From Paragordius varius (lineage: Eukaryota; Animalia; Nematomorpha), in contig OZ176055.1 in NCBI GenBank assembly GCA_964247055.1, forward strand, positions 5,270,001 to 5,334,000: a DNA stretch of 64,000 nt, given 5' to 3'. Of this stretch, positions 21,001 to 35,302 are shown one piece after another; position 1 is the first letter of the stretch; every line of letters starts with the position of its first letter. The notes beneath the pieces were generated by a model that worked only from the letters and a program-made list of their open reading frames with translations, was not told where the DNA came from and searched no databases. A program made the position numbers and the translations under genes.

Positions 21001-24000
21001 TTTTTTGGACGTGGAAATTTGGCTGGAATTGATATTAAGGTTATTTGAAAATATTGTTAAGTAAACAACTTATTTCTATATTTCGTATACCTTTTTTATA
21101 CATATTCAAATATTTGGTTTTTTTTTCATAGGCACAACGCAAAATGCAATTGGAGTTTTATTCCAAATTTATTGAAAAACGCCGAACTCAAGGAGAAAAA
21201 GACCAAGAAAAGTATAACTTATATAAGTTATTTTATTTACCAAAATCACAAGATAATATTATATACGAAAAAATATCGTGGTGTGTATCTCGAGTCTTAT
21301 AGTTTCACCAAATTCCTAACAATATATAATATAATTTTAAATTGATAATTCCAATACAAAATACAAAGAATCGAATATATATAATTTTTAACTTTGATTT
21401 TATAAGTTAATTGACTCTATACTTTACAGAAAATTTATGAGTTAATTGACGTCTATACTTTACAGAAAATTGTTTTATCTTTGGGTGATATATATATATA
21501 TTACAATTCAATTTCACCCTTAAACAATTCAAATTTACCCTTAAACAAAAAAAATAAAAATTTGGTTTTAAATTAAAATAATACTAAAAAAAATAATAAA
21601 CTATACCATAAACATATATTTCTTATTAATAACACTGGACAACAAATTTTTCTGCCACTCGAGTTTTTTGCATTTTTTGATATTTAGTATCATTCTAACA
21701 GTAAATCCGAAATAAAAATTATAACCCGATGGAAGAATTTTGTATAAATTGATTTTTTTTGATTATGCGCCCTCTTTATCAAAATTTTGCTAAAAAATGT
21801 TTTTCTTTGAAAATATACAAGTAATGCCCTTTTGTAATATATCATTCGAAAGAGTAATAAAAACTCTTTAAAATGCATACTATTATGTATTACATCGACA
21901 GTTAATATTGGACACAAAGAGCGACAAACGCGCGAAGCGAGAGCACTTTTTTTAATTATTATATTTTTGAAACTAATGGATGAAAATAGCTCAAACTTTG
22001 TGTAGATGGTGATGAATGTCCAAAAAAAATAACACAAGAAAGTTTTTTTGATTACATCATTTTTTTTGCTTTTATGTCACTCAAAACAGCCATTTTTAAG
22101 TTTTTTGTTTTTTAAAAATTACCATCTCATCCATATTAAATTATTTTCTTTAAGAGGCTGATAATTTCAAAATTTTAAAGATAATAACAAAGTTTAAGGT
22201 ATTGATCTTTTATAGCCATAATGTAATAAATTTACAGTTATAACTATGCATTTTAGTATCCACTAGGCAAAATATTTATGATAATACTAATTTTTATTAA
22301 AAAAGCAAACCAAAAGCTTTTTCAAACATTTTTTTTAAATTAAATACTAATATAACCCTAATAATTATATTAAAATAATTTATATGATCAAATTAGTTTG
22401 TCTGTGAAAATTCTTGACTTATTTAATACTTGAAAATTTCGACCATTTAAATCCAAATAACTTTTACATCCAATTGATTTATATGACTTACTTCCATTTA
22501 AAAGATGCAGTTTTTTGAGCTCTTTCGAATGATATAAAATACATGTCTAAATATTTAAAGCTTTTAATTTTCGAAATTTCGAGTTTAATGTTAAATTGGG
22601 GCCAAAAATTATCGATAAACTCTAATATAAAAAAATTCTTTCATGCTAGATTAATTTTCTTTTCAAATATACTCATTATGTACTTTAATGAAATAAATTT
22701 TAAATATACAAGAATGGCAGTTAAAAAAAGTTAAAATTTGTTGTCTAGTGTAATGAGTTATATTAGTTCGAAAACACAATTTATTTTTAGGGTGAATTTG
22801 AATTGTTAAAAGATGAATTTGAATTGTTCAAGGGTGAATTTGAATGGTTCAAGGGTGAATTTGAACTGTAAATGGTATATATTCATCAATAAATATGGAA
22901 TATACCCTATTTCTTTTTATTACTATTTAATCAAAATTTTATGCACTGTTTATAGTACAAGACTTACCAATGTGGCAAAAAAAGAAGCGAAACAGCGCTG
23001 GGATGATCGTCATTGGACGCAAAAAGAACTCGATGAAATGACTGACAGAGATTGGAGAATATTCAAAGAAGATTATAACATTAGCATAAAGGGTTAGCTT
23101 TTTAAATTTAAAACGCATATTGAACCTTTAAGGAACGAATAAATTATATATTGATTTGAATCTTTGTAAAATTTAGTTAAAATTATACCAGATCCAAAAA
23201 TTTTGTACCTGATATCTTTTTTAAAAGATAAAATGAAAATAATTATTTAGCATTTACAGTATACATTTTAAGGGTGCTTATTTCACACTATATTATGGCA
23301 ATTTGCAACACAGTAGTGTATGGAAAAAACGACAAAATGTTGAATTAACAATTATTTCCTTTTTTAATACACTCCTATGTTGCAAATTTCCCTACTATAT
23401 TGTGAAATAAGCAACCTTTAAAATGCACACTGTATTAACATTCTGTTAAACTTACCCTTAATGTCCAATAAAATAATTATTCAAATATTTTTGTCTCATA
23501 ATATGATAGGTGGGAACATTCCTAATCCGCTACGATCGTGGGACGAAGCAGGCTTTCCCAAAGAAATTAATGCGTTGATTCATAAAGCTGGTTATAACGT
23601 AAGTTTTATTATATACGTTGGAAGAAACTTGAATAACCCATGTTAAATTTATGGCTAAATTTTATATAAATACCATTTTAAAATTATTTATTAAAAATTA
23701 ACAGCTTAATTTTCTTCCAAATATTTAAATGCCCTAAAATGGTATTGAATGAGTAACTGATTAGTTCCTATTTAAAATTAATATATCCAAATTTTAGTTT
23801 TGTTGTTAAATAAAATAACATTTTAGGTTTTTGATATAATTTTTCAGTGGTTTTATAGTAATATTTTTTTTAGTATATAAAAATTATTTGAAGTTTTGCT
23901 AAATTCCTTTTTAAATTTTAGGAACCAACACCTATTCAAAGACAAGCCATACCTATAGGCTTAAAAAATCGCGATATAATTGGTGTTGCCGAAACTGGAT

Positions 24001-27000
24001 CCGGTAAAACATTAGCATTCTTACTTCCTCTTTTAGTATGGATCACCAGTCTGCCCAAAATGGAAAGGTTAGCTACTGTTAATTTGATTAGATGTTCCTT
24101 TAATTATGTATTGATATTTTTGTTTTTTAAATTTAATTGTTTTTTATGCTAAGCTAAATATTGATGCCTGTGAGTCATTTAAACATTATGACTCCATAAT
24201 AAATAAATAACTAACCGCATCATGACTATTTTATTGGTTCAAAATCATTATGTGACCCCAAAAACACCCACCGGGAAAGTGCAATTAACTTTTAGAACAA
24301 ACTTTTAAAATACGACTTTTTCAAAAAAAAATTATATAGGAAAAATTGAAATTATACAGACACGCGTAAATATATAAAGATTAGACATCCATATTTTTAA
24401 AACCTTAATTTTTCCTATTTAAATCATTAATTATAAGTTGCACAATTGATTGTTTTACCAATATTCACCCCCATATCTTACCAATTTTTTAACAAGTACA
24501 GCGGTAAAACAATAATTCTTTATATTTTTATGTTTTGTCTGTATAATTTCAATTTTTATTGTATAATAATCATTATTAGCTCAATAGTTTATGTAGGCAC
24601 TGTTCTTTTTTAAAAAGCTCCATATTAAGCAATATTACTAAGTAGATTTAAATGTTTTTTTAATGATACCATTTATACATTATATAATAGAGATAGCGAT
24701 AATGATCAAGGACCATATGCCATAATAATGGCACCCACGAGAGAATTGGCCCAACAGATTGAGGAGGAAACAGCCAAATTCGGGGCTCCTTTGGATGTTA
24801 GGACAGTTTCTTTGATTGGTGGTCTTTCACGCGAAGAACAGGGATTTCGTCTTAGACGTGGTTGTGAGGTATACTTTTATTTTTTTATGAGAAGCATTAA
24901 AAAAAACAATTAATGCTTTCTCATTCTCGATGGAATGTGTGAATTAAAATCACTATTCATGGGCGATTATTAGGCATACTTATATATTGATTTAAAATCT
25001 GAAGGCGCATTTTTTACTAAAAATGATCCATAGTTTATTACGAATTAACGCCCATTTATCTCGATTGAATGTTTATATTAATTTGCGGTTGCGGGCTTTA
25101 CTTATACTTCATGGTGCGCATAGTTATTTGAAAAAATTATTGATGTTTAGTTTTTGCCAATCTACGCTTTCTCTCTCAATTGAAATGCATGAAAATTTAT
25201 TATTACTTTTATATTTTTTGATACAATTTACTTTCCACCCTTAATTTATGCGTAAAAATCGTAAAAATAAAAGATATTTTTTTTAAAAACAACCATTCTT
25301 TGTAAATCCTTAATATAACCTACATTAACTATACATTTATGATTTTAAATATATATATATATATAATTGAGTGTGCCACATCTCGACACTTTATTTACTA
25401 CACATACGATCAATTATATAAATAAATGAATAGTTAAATATTCTATTATTGATTATAATATTCGTCCTTTAGTTTTAGTGTTTTGTTCATTTACTTAACA
25501 TTCGAGAACAGAACGCAGCATCGTTTTTAGGGTTAAAATTATTGAAATATTATTTCAGATTAAATTTTATACAATTTAATCCGTTCAAAGGAGATAGTTT
25601 TGAATAGAGGATTGGATTATTTATATGCATAATTACCCCACATAAATATAAATTTTTGGCACAATTTAGGATTCAACCAATTTTACATATCAGCCCCCAC
25701 CATAACTAATTTCTGCGCAATAATTTGCTTAATATGTTAAATATTTTTGTGAAGTTATTCATAACAATGTTTTATAATAAAAAGCGTATTCTTTGTTTTC
25801 AAAAAAAATTGTTGTGCCAATTAAAAAGTTGCTGTTGTTAAAAATAATTTAAAATTTATTATTATTAAATTAATTAATTTTTATTTAATAACATATTCTG
25901 AATTTTCAATTTTTTAGTTCTATAGAACATATCATTGGTTAAAAAGTAAATTATTATTATAAATCAATTGAGTATAATGTCAAGCTAAAAAAATTATACT
26001 ACTAGCAATATTTATTTGTGTAATATTATTTAACATATATTCAATAGATCGTTATTGCGACCCCTGGACGATTGTTAGATTGTTTGGAAAATCATTATTT
26101 GGTTCTCAACCAATGCACTTACATTGTTCTGGATGAGGTATTTTTAATAAAAAAAATTTATTTAATGAGTTGAAATGCGGTTTTTGTTTTTATGGCTTTT
26201 AAAAATATTTTATTTTGTTTAGGCTGACAGAATGATTGATATGGGTTTCGAAACAGATGTGCAAAAAATACTTGATTATTTGCCAGTTACGAATAAAAAA
26301 CCGGACACCGAAGAGGCCGAAGACTTGTCTGTACTCATGAAAAATTTTGCGAGCAAAGAAAAATATCGACAGGTGATACATTTATTTCTAATAAATATAT
26401 CATTTGTGTTTATTTTTGTTAAATTTATGTGCATATTTTTTAATTGATTGATGTTTTATTAAACAACAAAAAATCTTCAATTGTTTAACCTGGTAAAAGC
26501 TTGCGCCTTTTTACAAAAAGGTGTAGTCCGTAGTATATTCAATAATTATAGTTTATTGATTTTTTAATTTAGAGTTATTGATAATACCACAAGTTTGGTG
26601 GCCGGACAAGGCATTTCTAATTTCAAATGTTAACTTTTTTAAATATAAAATCTATTACCATTAAATTAATCAAATATTAAAAAAGACTTTTATTAGTAAC
26701 ATGATTTTCGACTTTATATTTAATTTCCACAAAAATGTTTTTTGTAATATATTTTTGCGTAAAAACAAACCACACTTAAATACTATGTAAACAAAAAAAA
26801 TTAAACATCAAAATCTTACGCACCCACAAAACTATTGGCTTAATTGGACGAACTACATATTTTAATTAATTGATATATTGTTATGATGAATAACTACCAA
26901 TCGCTTAATAAATTTTATGCAAATAATTATTTCATAAAATTATATCTCATATATCATATTTTACAACTACAATGAATGTTTTTTTATTGTATTCATTCAT

Positions 27001-29264
27001 TTTGATTTTTTAAAAAATATAGTTCTATGTGTATATTAGACGGTTATGTTTACCGCGACTATGCCTCCTAGTGTTGAGCGCTTAGCTCGGAGTTATTTAA
27101 GACGACCGGCCGTCGTTTACATTGGAGCCATTGGTCGACCTGTGGACCGCGTCGAGCAAATCGTTTATATGATCTCCGAAAATGAAAAGCGGTCTGCTTT
27201 TGTGCTTTTGACAAACTAATTAACTTTGATATTTTTTGCATAAGATATGCAGCTTCAACTTAAATATATACCTTTTACAATTCTAATTCACCCTTGAACA
27301 ATTCAAATTCACCATCGAACATATTAAATTATCCCTTTAACAATTCAAATTCACCCTAAAAATAAAAATGTTTTTTCGGGCTAATATAACTCATCATAAA
27401 TAAGAAATATATTTACTTATGGCATAGTTTATTATTTTTACAGTATTATATTAATTTTAAACGAAATTTTATTTTTTAAAGGTATAAAAAAATGGGTAAT
27501 TTTTAATCCTAAAAAACATATAAAAGGGTAAATTTGAATTGTTCAAGGGTAAATTCCAACTCTAAATGATATGTATAATTGGATGGTGCGTTACTAAATT
27601 ATCTCTATCACTAATTTTACAACGCAAAACGATGCGTTATATTAATCACAATATTTCGCAATTATTTCTATTTTTACCTTATTATATTTAGTAAGAAATT
27701 ATTGGAGATTTTGGATAAAGGTGTGGACCCACCTATCATAATTTTCGTTAATCAAAAGAAGGGTGCTGATATTTTAGCTAAATCGCTTGAAAAGATGGGG
27801 GTAAATTTTTTACATTTTTTCCATTGTGGCTGTGTATCATAATTTGTGTATAACATTTTTTATTTAATATTAACTTTGATTAACGCGTTATATATATTAT
27901 ATACTTAGTATCTTGCAACAACATTGCATGGAGGCAAAGGTCAAGAAGCCAGAGATTTTGCATTGGCCTCGCTCAAAAATGGTTTGAAAATTTTTACTAA
28001 AATTAGTTTTTTGGTTAAGCATTTTAAGATATTGATTATGATTGAACAATTAGATTATATAATATTGCCTAATCTTTTTTAACGACAATTTAATAAATAA
28101 ATATTTTAGTATACAGCTATCATTATAAATTTATTGGTTTATAACTAAAACACCTTCACATTAAAATGTAATATTAACTTTTTGTATTAGTTATTTCATT
28201 GTTTTATTAACTTTGAGGCATTGCTTTATAATCATTTGCATTTATTAATATCTATTCTTTTAGCCTATGTATTTTATGGCAGATTCTGTAAAACCATATA
28301 ACTATCCCTAAATTTATAATGTTTTAATTTTAATTTTTGTTGGTTGTCAAAACATTATTTTTTATCTTTATATAGTTTGTAGTGAATCTGTTTTGGCTTA
28401 AAAATAAACATTTATAATTAGTTTTCCAAATGGTAATGCAGCGCGGATTAGTTTATAATTTATATTTATAAATAAATAAGTACAATTTTTTAAAAGCATA
28501 CTTATATATATATATATAATATTTACATATATTTTTGAATTTAGTTATTCTATATATGGTTGATTATGTAACCATGAATTTCATTTTGTTAAGTTTGAAT
28601 TCTTTAATTTAGGTACAAAGCATATTTTGGTGGCCACAGATGTCGCGTCCCGTGGTATTGATATTCCAGATGTCAGCATAGTCCTTAACTATGATATGGC
28701 CAAATCAATTGAAGGTAGTTTCCCGATAATTTAATTAAAAATTTATTTTAAGAAAAAATGTTAAAAATATGACGAAATTCTCATGAATTTATTTTATCAA
28801 ATGTGATAAACATCCCCTACTTTGCATACGATGATAATATTTTTGAAAAAATCAATGGCGTTAATGATTATATTACATTAATAATTTCAATCATGTATGT
28901 TTCAAGTTAAAGTATAAGTGGGACACTACTATTTATACAATTTATTTCATACATGAGTTACATTCTAAATTTATTTTATAATCAAATTTTTTTTTAAATT
29001 TTCCATGCATAACTAAATGTTGATTTTGTTTTATTAGATTATACGCATAGGATTGGTCGAACAGGTCGCGCAGGTAAAAGTGGTATCGCTATAACTTTCT
29101 TGACCCGGGAAGACACAGCCGTTTTCTATGACCTAAAACAGTGTTTAATGTCCTCACCAGCCAGCTTTTGTCCTACTGAATTAATGAACCATCCTGACGC
29201 CCAAATTAAACCAGGAACATTTGTTCAAAAAAAGAGAAAAGACGAAGTTGTTTATGTTAATTAA
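18007..29264 (+). CDS. DDX23: DEAD-box helicase DDX23/Prp28 (U5-100K), 17 exons, 905 aa: 18007-18116, 18181-18811, 19150-19288, 20210-20337, 20863-21039, 21132-21211, 22956-23092, 23510-23598, 23922-24067, 24691-24868, 26048-26137, 26223-26372, 27040-27191, 27692-27800, 27909-27981, 28613-28714, 29038-29264
   Basis: [85 protein letters not shown] match Prp28 family; total 2718 nt in frame. Confidence 0.97.
19400..19775. mobile_element. Partial TTAA-flanked MITE in DDX23 intron 3
   Basis: Ends GGACAAAAAAAGTGAAAAGGTCACGAAGTG-TTAA, the reverse complement of the family TIR; left boundary approximate. Confidence 0.55.
21500..22869. mobile_element. 21-bp-repeat foldback MITE interrupted by a CACTA insertion (DDX23 intron 6)
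   Basis: 21500-21632 plus 22751-22869 reconstitute the element seen intact at 41608-42007. Confidence 0.8.
21633..22750. mobile_element. Non-autonomous CACTA/EnSpm-type element (1118 bp)
   Basis: TIRs CACTGGACAACAAATTT / AAATTTGTTGTCTAGTG (16/17); 3-bp TSD TAA at 21630-21632 and 22751-22753; empty site TATTAATAATGAGTT present in the 41608 copy. Confidence 0.88.
23272..23416. mobile_element. Short foldback MITE (possibly PIF/Harbinger-like); copies at 42917-43034 and ~46940-47100
   Basis: ~40-bp inverted arms GGGTGCTTATTTCACACTATA...TATATTGTGAAATAAGCAACC, TAA/TTA flanks. Confidence 0.65.
24336..24566. mobile_element. Tc1/mariner-like MITE copy (DDX23 intron 9)
   Basis: Arms AAATTGAAATTATACAGAC / GTCTGTATAATTTCAATTT. 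Confidence 0.6.
27267..27577. mobile_element. 21-bp-repeat foldback MITE, degenerate copy (DDX23 intron 13)
   Basis: ACAATTCAAATTCACCC repeats on left, GGGTAAATTTGAATTGTT on right. Confidence 0.7.
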
Positions 29265-31259
29265 ATGTGTGAAAATTTACCATTTATTTATTTTATGTTT
29301 ATAGCTAATAAATAATTAGAATTTTGTTTTTGTTCTGGTTTATCTAAATATGACTTTTTATCAAAGATATTTGCGCATGTAGTTTTGTCTATTTTTTATG
29401 TCTCTACCAAAATATGTTTAAATTTATTTGGGATCCCGAAACATACATCTTCCGATTAGGTATCTTCAAATTTTACCCTTATAAACATTATTCTGAAAGT
29501 TTTTAAATTGTTTATATACTCGGTTCTTAACTCTTCCAATTTGGTTATGTTCGGGTAATAGATTCCCTTGGCAATTATTAGATAATTTTGCTCAAAAATT
29601 AAATGTATAATGCAAAATAATTAATTGTGCATAGTATTTATAATGGTTGATTCGCAAATATTAACATAAAAGGAAAGATGTCTAATTAAATGGAGCGATT
29701 AAATGGATTGAAATAAATAGAATTAACAGCGGCAAAACGATCGAGTTTTTGCAGATAAATGTCAATTTAAACAGAGATTAAAGGAAAACAAATCAAGATT
29801 GCAACATTGTTTTCAATCTTTTAGAAAGATTACTTTCTTTCTTGCAAATTATATCCAACACTAAATTTTTCCAAATAATTTGATTGATGCTCAGAATATA
29901 GTTAGGTTTCAAAGGCTATGAATTCATTATTACCGTGATAATCAATTTTTATGATGACCACTTTAAGCTTTAACACATGTTACCCAATTATGATATCTAT
30001 TGACCATATTAATCAATATATTATTGTTATCAAAATTATACGCTATAAATTGACCAAATACTTTTAAAAATGTCATTAATTTTCTGTTTAAATTCGTATA
30101 AAGTTTGGATTGAACCTATTCAATATGTTACTTTCAATGACAGTTTTAAATCTATTATAAAAACACAGTAATTTTATATGAGAACTTTATGGTTTTTAGT
30201 TATAATTAGGCAATTATTTTGAATTTAAAAGCACCATGTAATCCTTTAATACAATTATAAATATTATTTCCAAATATTATTATATCATACTTTTAACTTG
30301 TATTTATCAAATTTTGTGAATGTACTACAGTTTTGTGAGGTATTTTAGTATTAATTTTGTAAAAATTAACAAATATTAAAGTTAATTTACTAAATTGTAT
30401 TAAAATAAAACATTATAAATCGTTTAACAGTTATGGAAAATTTGAGTTTAGGAATCGAACCGTTGCGCATCCACGCAAAGTTAACAAATTTACCTTTCTA
30501 AATTTATTTACATTGTAAACATTAAGAACAACGAAATATACTCGTTTTTTTCATATTAGTTTAGTTTAAATTTGAAATATTTGATTCTCTTACCCTTTCC
30601 CCTTTCGCATAATTTATTATCGAGACAGGGCTAGTTGTTTGATGTAAAGCTATTTTTTCTCACGTGCAATATATTCAAATATTAAAAATAAAATAATTTA
30701 AATTACTTTGACAAACCGCCACATTCGTTTGAATTGGTTTACCAGTGTACAAAATTAAAACTTATTATTTTTTTGTGTAAAAGATTTGAGTCATTTATAA
30801 TGTTGGGAAATTCCAAAGAGCTGCGTGTTGCAACTTTTATCATAAACCAAACCAAAAAATCAATATTACACAATTTATGTGAACAAAAAAATCCCGTGCC
30901 AGTTAATACAATACAATTTTATTAACATTAACCAATAATAATAAAACTAGTCCACCTTTACGAATGCAATGTGTATGTATATATCATTGCTAGAGTTTAG
31001 CCAAATTGTGGTTAACTTACAGTTTTAGGAAGGACTGTTTTTCATTGATTTTTCTTAATTATAAATATGACACAGTAAAAATTGTGCAAATTAGCGCTGT
31101 AGAGATGTTAAAAATTGTTTATTTACATTTGTCACATAATTAATTTTGAAATTCGATTTCTAAATCATGATATGTTGTTATTTAATCCATAATGGTAATA
31201 TGTGTATTACCGTTCGTCCTCCTGCTAAATAATTTAAACCTTTTTTCAAAACCTTAGAA

Positions 31260-31965
31260 ATGAATTTTCACAATGGCTCATCATCAATCAAACGACCAAA
31301 TAGACAACAAGGTATTGATTCTATTTACATAAATAATTTTGTTAGGTGCTGATGAACGCCAAAATACAAATTCTTTTTCTTGGAAGTATATGACTGTTGT
31401 CACAATCGGTTTATTCCTTTTTCTCGTTGGCGCACTAATGGCAATTTTTGGATTTTATGGGATTCAGTATAGCACATCATCCAACCCTATTGACACGGAT
31501 GACCCGAGTATTGCGATTACCAATTTTACTATCCCAATAAATAATTCTCTATTGGGGGACGAAATGGTAATAAAGTCACCCAAAACCCATCATAAATCTT
31601 TTCTAGTGCTATCGTTTGTGGGACCGTTATGTATGGGATTTGGTTGTATAATAATTGTTGTGGTGTATGTGGTGGCATTCGAATCCCGGGACAAAGCTGC
31701 AAAAATATTTCCGACCTACCAATACTATAATTGGCCAACAACCATTAACGGTCATCGCAGAATAATAAAACAGAACTTGGCTCAATATGCTCCGCTCCCA
31801 TTCGTACCAAACCTTCCGTCGACACAAAATATTGAATTGGCACATCACAAGTATAATGGCATGAGAGAAGAAGGAGATACTACTCTGAATATGACACATT
31901 ACTTGATTGCAAGTTTGGCAAATTTAAGTTTTGATTCATCCGACAAATCAATCATCAAATATTAA
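31260..31965 (+). CDS. TMEM200-family (DUF2371-like) two-TM protein, 2 exons (31260-31311, 31346-31965), 223 aa
   Basis: TM1 IGLFLFLVGALMAIFGFY and TM2 FVGPLCMGFGCIIIVVVYVVAFESRDK match the family pattern G..MA..GYW / GPL.MG.G...E.RD; 34-nt GT-AG phase-1 intron restores an ATG. Confidence 0.72.
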
Positions 31966-32041
31966 AAGTTAAAACAAACAGGCACACATTAAGATCTCAA
32001 AAACGACGTGGCGTCAACTTTTTTGTTTTTTTGCGAAATTA

Positions 32042-32324
32042 CAGTAAAAAATTTAATTATCCAAACAATATCTAAAATATGAAAAACAAACATTTATTTT
32101 AAAAAGACAACCATACTTTTTTAAACATGTATTTCCCATATTAACTATTAAATTTCTAAATTACATAATTGCGTGTTTTAACAACTTACATATTTATTCC
32201 TTTATTTCCAACCTAAAACAATGAGTTACATGTAAACACGATTTAAAAATATGGTTGTATTTTTTTAATAAAATATTTGTTTTTTAGTTTTTACATTTTG
32301 TCTGGATAATTTTAATTTTTACTG
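32042..32324. mobile_element. Tc1/mariner-like foldback MITE, best-preserved copy
   Basis: TA-CAGTAAAAA...TTTTTACTG-TA; TA TSD; long inverted arms. Confidence 0.82.
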
Positions 32325-32391
32325 TAAAGTTATTTACAAATTTATTTTGGGTGGTAAATATAATTGTTTGAATAAAAGTTTGAAATAGAGA

Positions 32392-34726
32392 TTATGTTAT
32401 CGATTTTAATATATATGGAGGGAGCATATTTCTTTTAACTTGCTTTATTAATTTTGTCAATGCTCGTTCGTGTAATTGCAAGCGTGTATTTTGCTTAACC
32501 AATTTTATTAGGTCTTGCAAATTTATATTTTGTTGAGAAAAATCGTTTAATTCAATTGGAGGTGCCACATTCAACATTGGTTTCTTCTCAGCAAGGTTTG
32601 AATAATTGAATGTGTTCTTATGAAGTCTCACTAAATATTCCAAAAATGTATTGACATTAATTTCGGGATTCCGTTTAGGTACATTGGAAAATAGTCTCTT
32701 AATCATTTTTTCATGGCGCAGATTTTTACGAAGCTTCTGTTGTAGATCCATTATCATATTATCTATAAGGTATTTTCGTTGCTTTAAATATTTCTTTTTA
32801 TCATTATTGTTAAATGGTGAAGTGGATTGATTTAAAAGTGTAGTTTGATGAGGAGTTGCCCTTCCCAAATCATCCATGGATGTGTTTTGTATTATTAAAT
32901 CTTGCGGCAAATTGATTTTTTTCTCTGTATTAAATTAATTATTATTATATATCATTATATTTCAATAATAATTCTAACATAGCAAAGGAAAAAAATGTAT
33001 ATCTTAATCAGGTTTGTCCCACACGCGGCCCTCTGAGATATTTTGAAAGCCCACATAAAATTTATAAAATTACCGAAAAATATGAAATTCCATAATTTGC
33101 AAAATATTTCCATTTATTAATATAGCCATTTCTGAATAAGTCTTTGCAATTTTCGGCAATGAAATAACGAAAATTGGTTAACTAAATAGTTTTTTAATTG
33201 TATTAGTAGTATTTGTTTTATTGTTTTACGTTTGTACTTATTATTGCCCATATATTTTTTGAATGCAGTCCACCTAGTTTTTTGGTTGAAATCCCGTCTG
33301 CTAAAGCATTTGTGGGACATTTCTAATGTAAACTAATTGAAAAACATTCAAAGGTGACCTATAGTGATGATAATTAAACCAACTTTGTCAGTAATTAATA
33401 AATATTTAAGTAAAAAATTTATTAATAAAAAAGATTATTTTCTCTAACATTGATCGACAAAATAAAATTGAATTTTTTTATAATATAATTTAGTTTTTTT
33501 AATATACTTTTAATGTCTGTGCTCCAAAATATATCATAACCCAAATTTTTCACTCTATCATCCAGGGGGATGGACCAATTTGATTTGATGGTGGGATTCG
33601 TATTTTGCGATATTAATGTTTCATTTTCACTACGACTAATATAATAATTTTTGGTATTATGAAGTTTATATGCTTTTAATAGAGTGGTCAATTGAGCTAA
33701 TAAAACTCTTATTCGGTCATTTCGAAAGTTATAACTATTTTTACTGTTTGTGAGAACAGCTAATTTTGGCCACAAGCTGTTTGTTCCCCCTTCCTCCCCG
33801 TAATAACCCATTGCAAAGAGTGCAGCTTTTAGGTTGTTTCGTCCCCATTTATTCATTAATTTAGTGTGGATATGTTTAGATTTAATCATGCGGAATGCTT
33901 CATTTATACTTGGGTGAGTGCATTCCAGAGAGCAAAACATTGTTGACTCAACAATGTTAAGATTTCTATTTTTCGCAGCGGATGTTAAAGTATGAATCTG
34001 GCAACACATCCATTCACGTAAACCTTTCACGAATTTCGTCACGATAACATCTTTTCTTAGCTTTTTGATCGGTGCGTTTCGAATTCTTATTAGATGTTGA
34101 TAATCTTTTTCGATTTGATAGGCAAGATTTTTCAATAACTTACTTTCATAATTTGACTTTTTTAACTTTTTTGAGTTTTTATGAAAATTTTGCTTAATTG
34201 TGGTGGAAGACATGGACTTACTCGTGCTTAAGGATTCGGTAAAATATTTAACGCTGACCTTACTTAAATTCTTCCAGTGGCTTATGTTATCAATACTTGT
34301 AATATTTTTTTGAGCCATTATATTTGTAATTTTCATGGTTGAAATAGTTATTGATGACACATTTAACAAATTTGGTTGTTTTGTAATAAGTTTTTCATTG
34401 GTAGATTTATTTTTATCTAAACTTTCAGTGGGTGACATTAATTTGTTGGAATAAGTTTTGTTTTCATGTTGATTTTTGTAAAATAATGAATGTATATAAT
34501 TGAAAAAAGTATGATTTGAATTGTTTTGGGGGATAAATTGTTTATTCCATAAATATGAAATGTTAAAGGTATTGGCCTTATTGCTATAATTCAATAAAAT
34601 ATATAAGCTAATTAATATTCTGCTGAAAATTATTTTAATGCTGCAATTAATGATTCGCTTTGTTGAGAAACATTTAAATAATAAATCATCCATAGTCACA
34701 ATACATTTTTGAAGGATAGAACCCAA
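32392..34726 (-). CDS. Orphan 583-aa protein, 2 exons (34726-33508, 32924-32392); hydrophobic N-terminal segment, many N-glycosylation sequons, CC...C...C cluster
   Basis: 434-aa and 172-aa ORFs are far longer than chance at this AT content; GT at 33507 and AG at 32926-32925 join them in phase 1 (1752 nt total). Confidence 0.65.
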
Positions 34727-35302
34727 TTATAATTATCTCACAATTTATATAATGCGTTTTTATAGAACATTATATAATTTTAGCGATTACATTTACCTAT
34801 CTATATATAATATATATGTTACACAATGAGTCAATTCAGATATAAAATTAAAAAATTTTCTCCCGCTAAATTAACTAACAAATTTATTGAGATTAACTTA
34901 TATTTTCAAATATTACTAAGTAAAAGTGAATAATGCGTTTGTAAATTACACTATTTTTAAAAGAATTGCATAACAAAATTCAATAGTAACGAGAGTCTTC
35001 ATTGGGCATTTTGGTATTTAAATTGGCCTAAATGGAATTAAATTTACTCTGTTGTTGCCATGTATGAGATAGATTTTTTGTTTTAATTAATATTTTAAAA
35101 TTAGTAAATAATACAGTGTTAAATTGTAAAATTTCACACATGGCACATGTATATTAAACCCCTTTTACCCATTAAATTACCGGAATGACCAATAACAGCT
35201 CCCGTTCTATATTTTAGTTCTCTAATCTAAAGCATACAGTATTTAAGCTAAAATTATGGCATAACAAAAGCTGTATAAGAATAACTATGCTAATGTCAAT
35301 TT

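Noticed and set aside
29400-30150. Possible decayed non-LTR reverse transcriptase (IDIYLQKLDRFAAVNSIYFNP) and several 16-27 nt GT..AG segments on minus
   Set aside because: Similarity is weak, and removing the GT..AG segments gave no recognisable protein, so they are not counted as tiny introns
30451-30461. GGAATCGAACC, the reverse complement of a tRNA B-box
   Set aside because: No A-box at proper spacing and no cloverleaf
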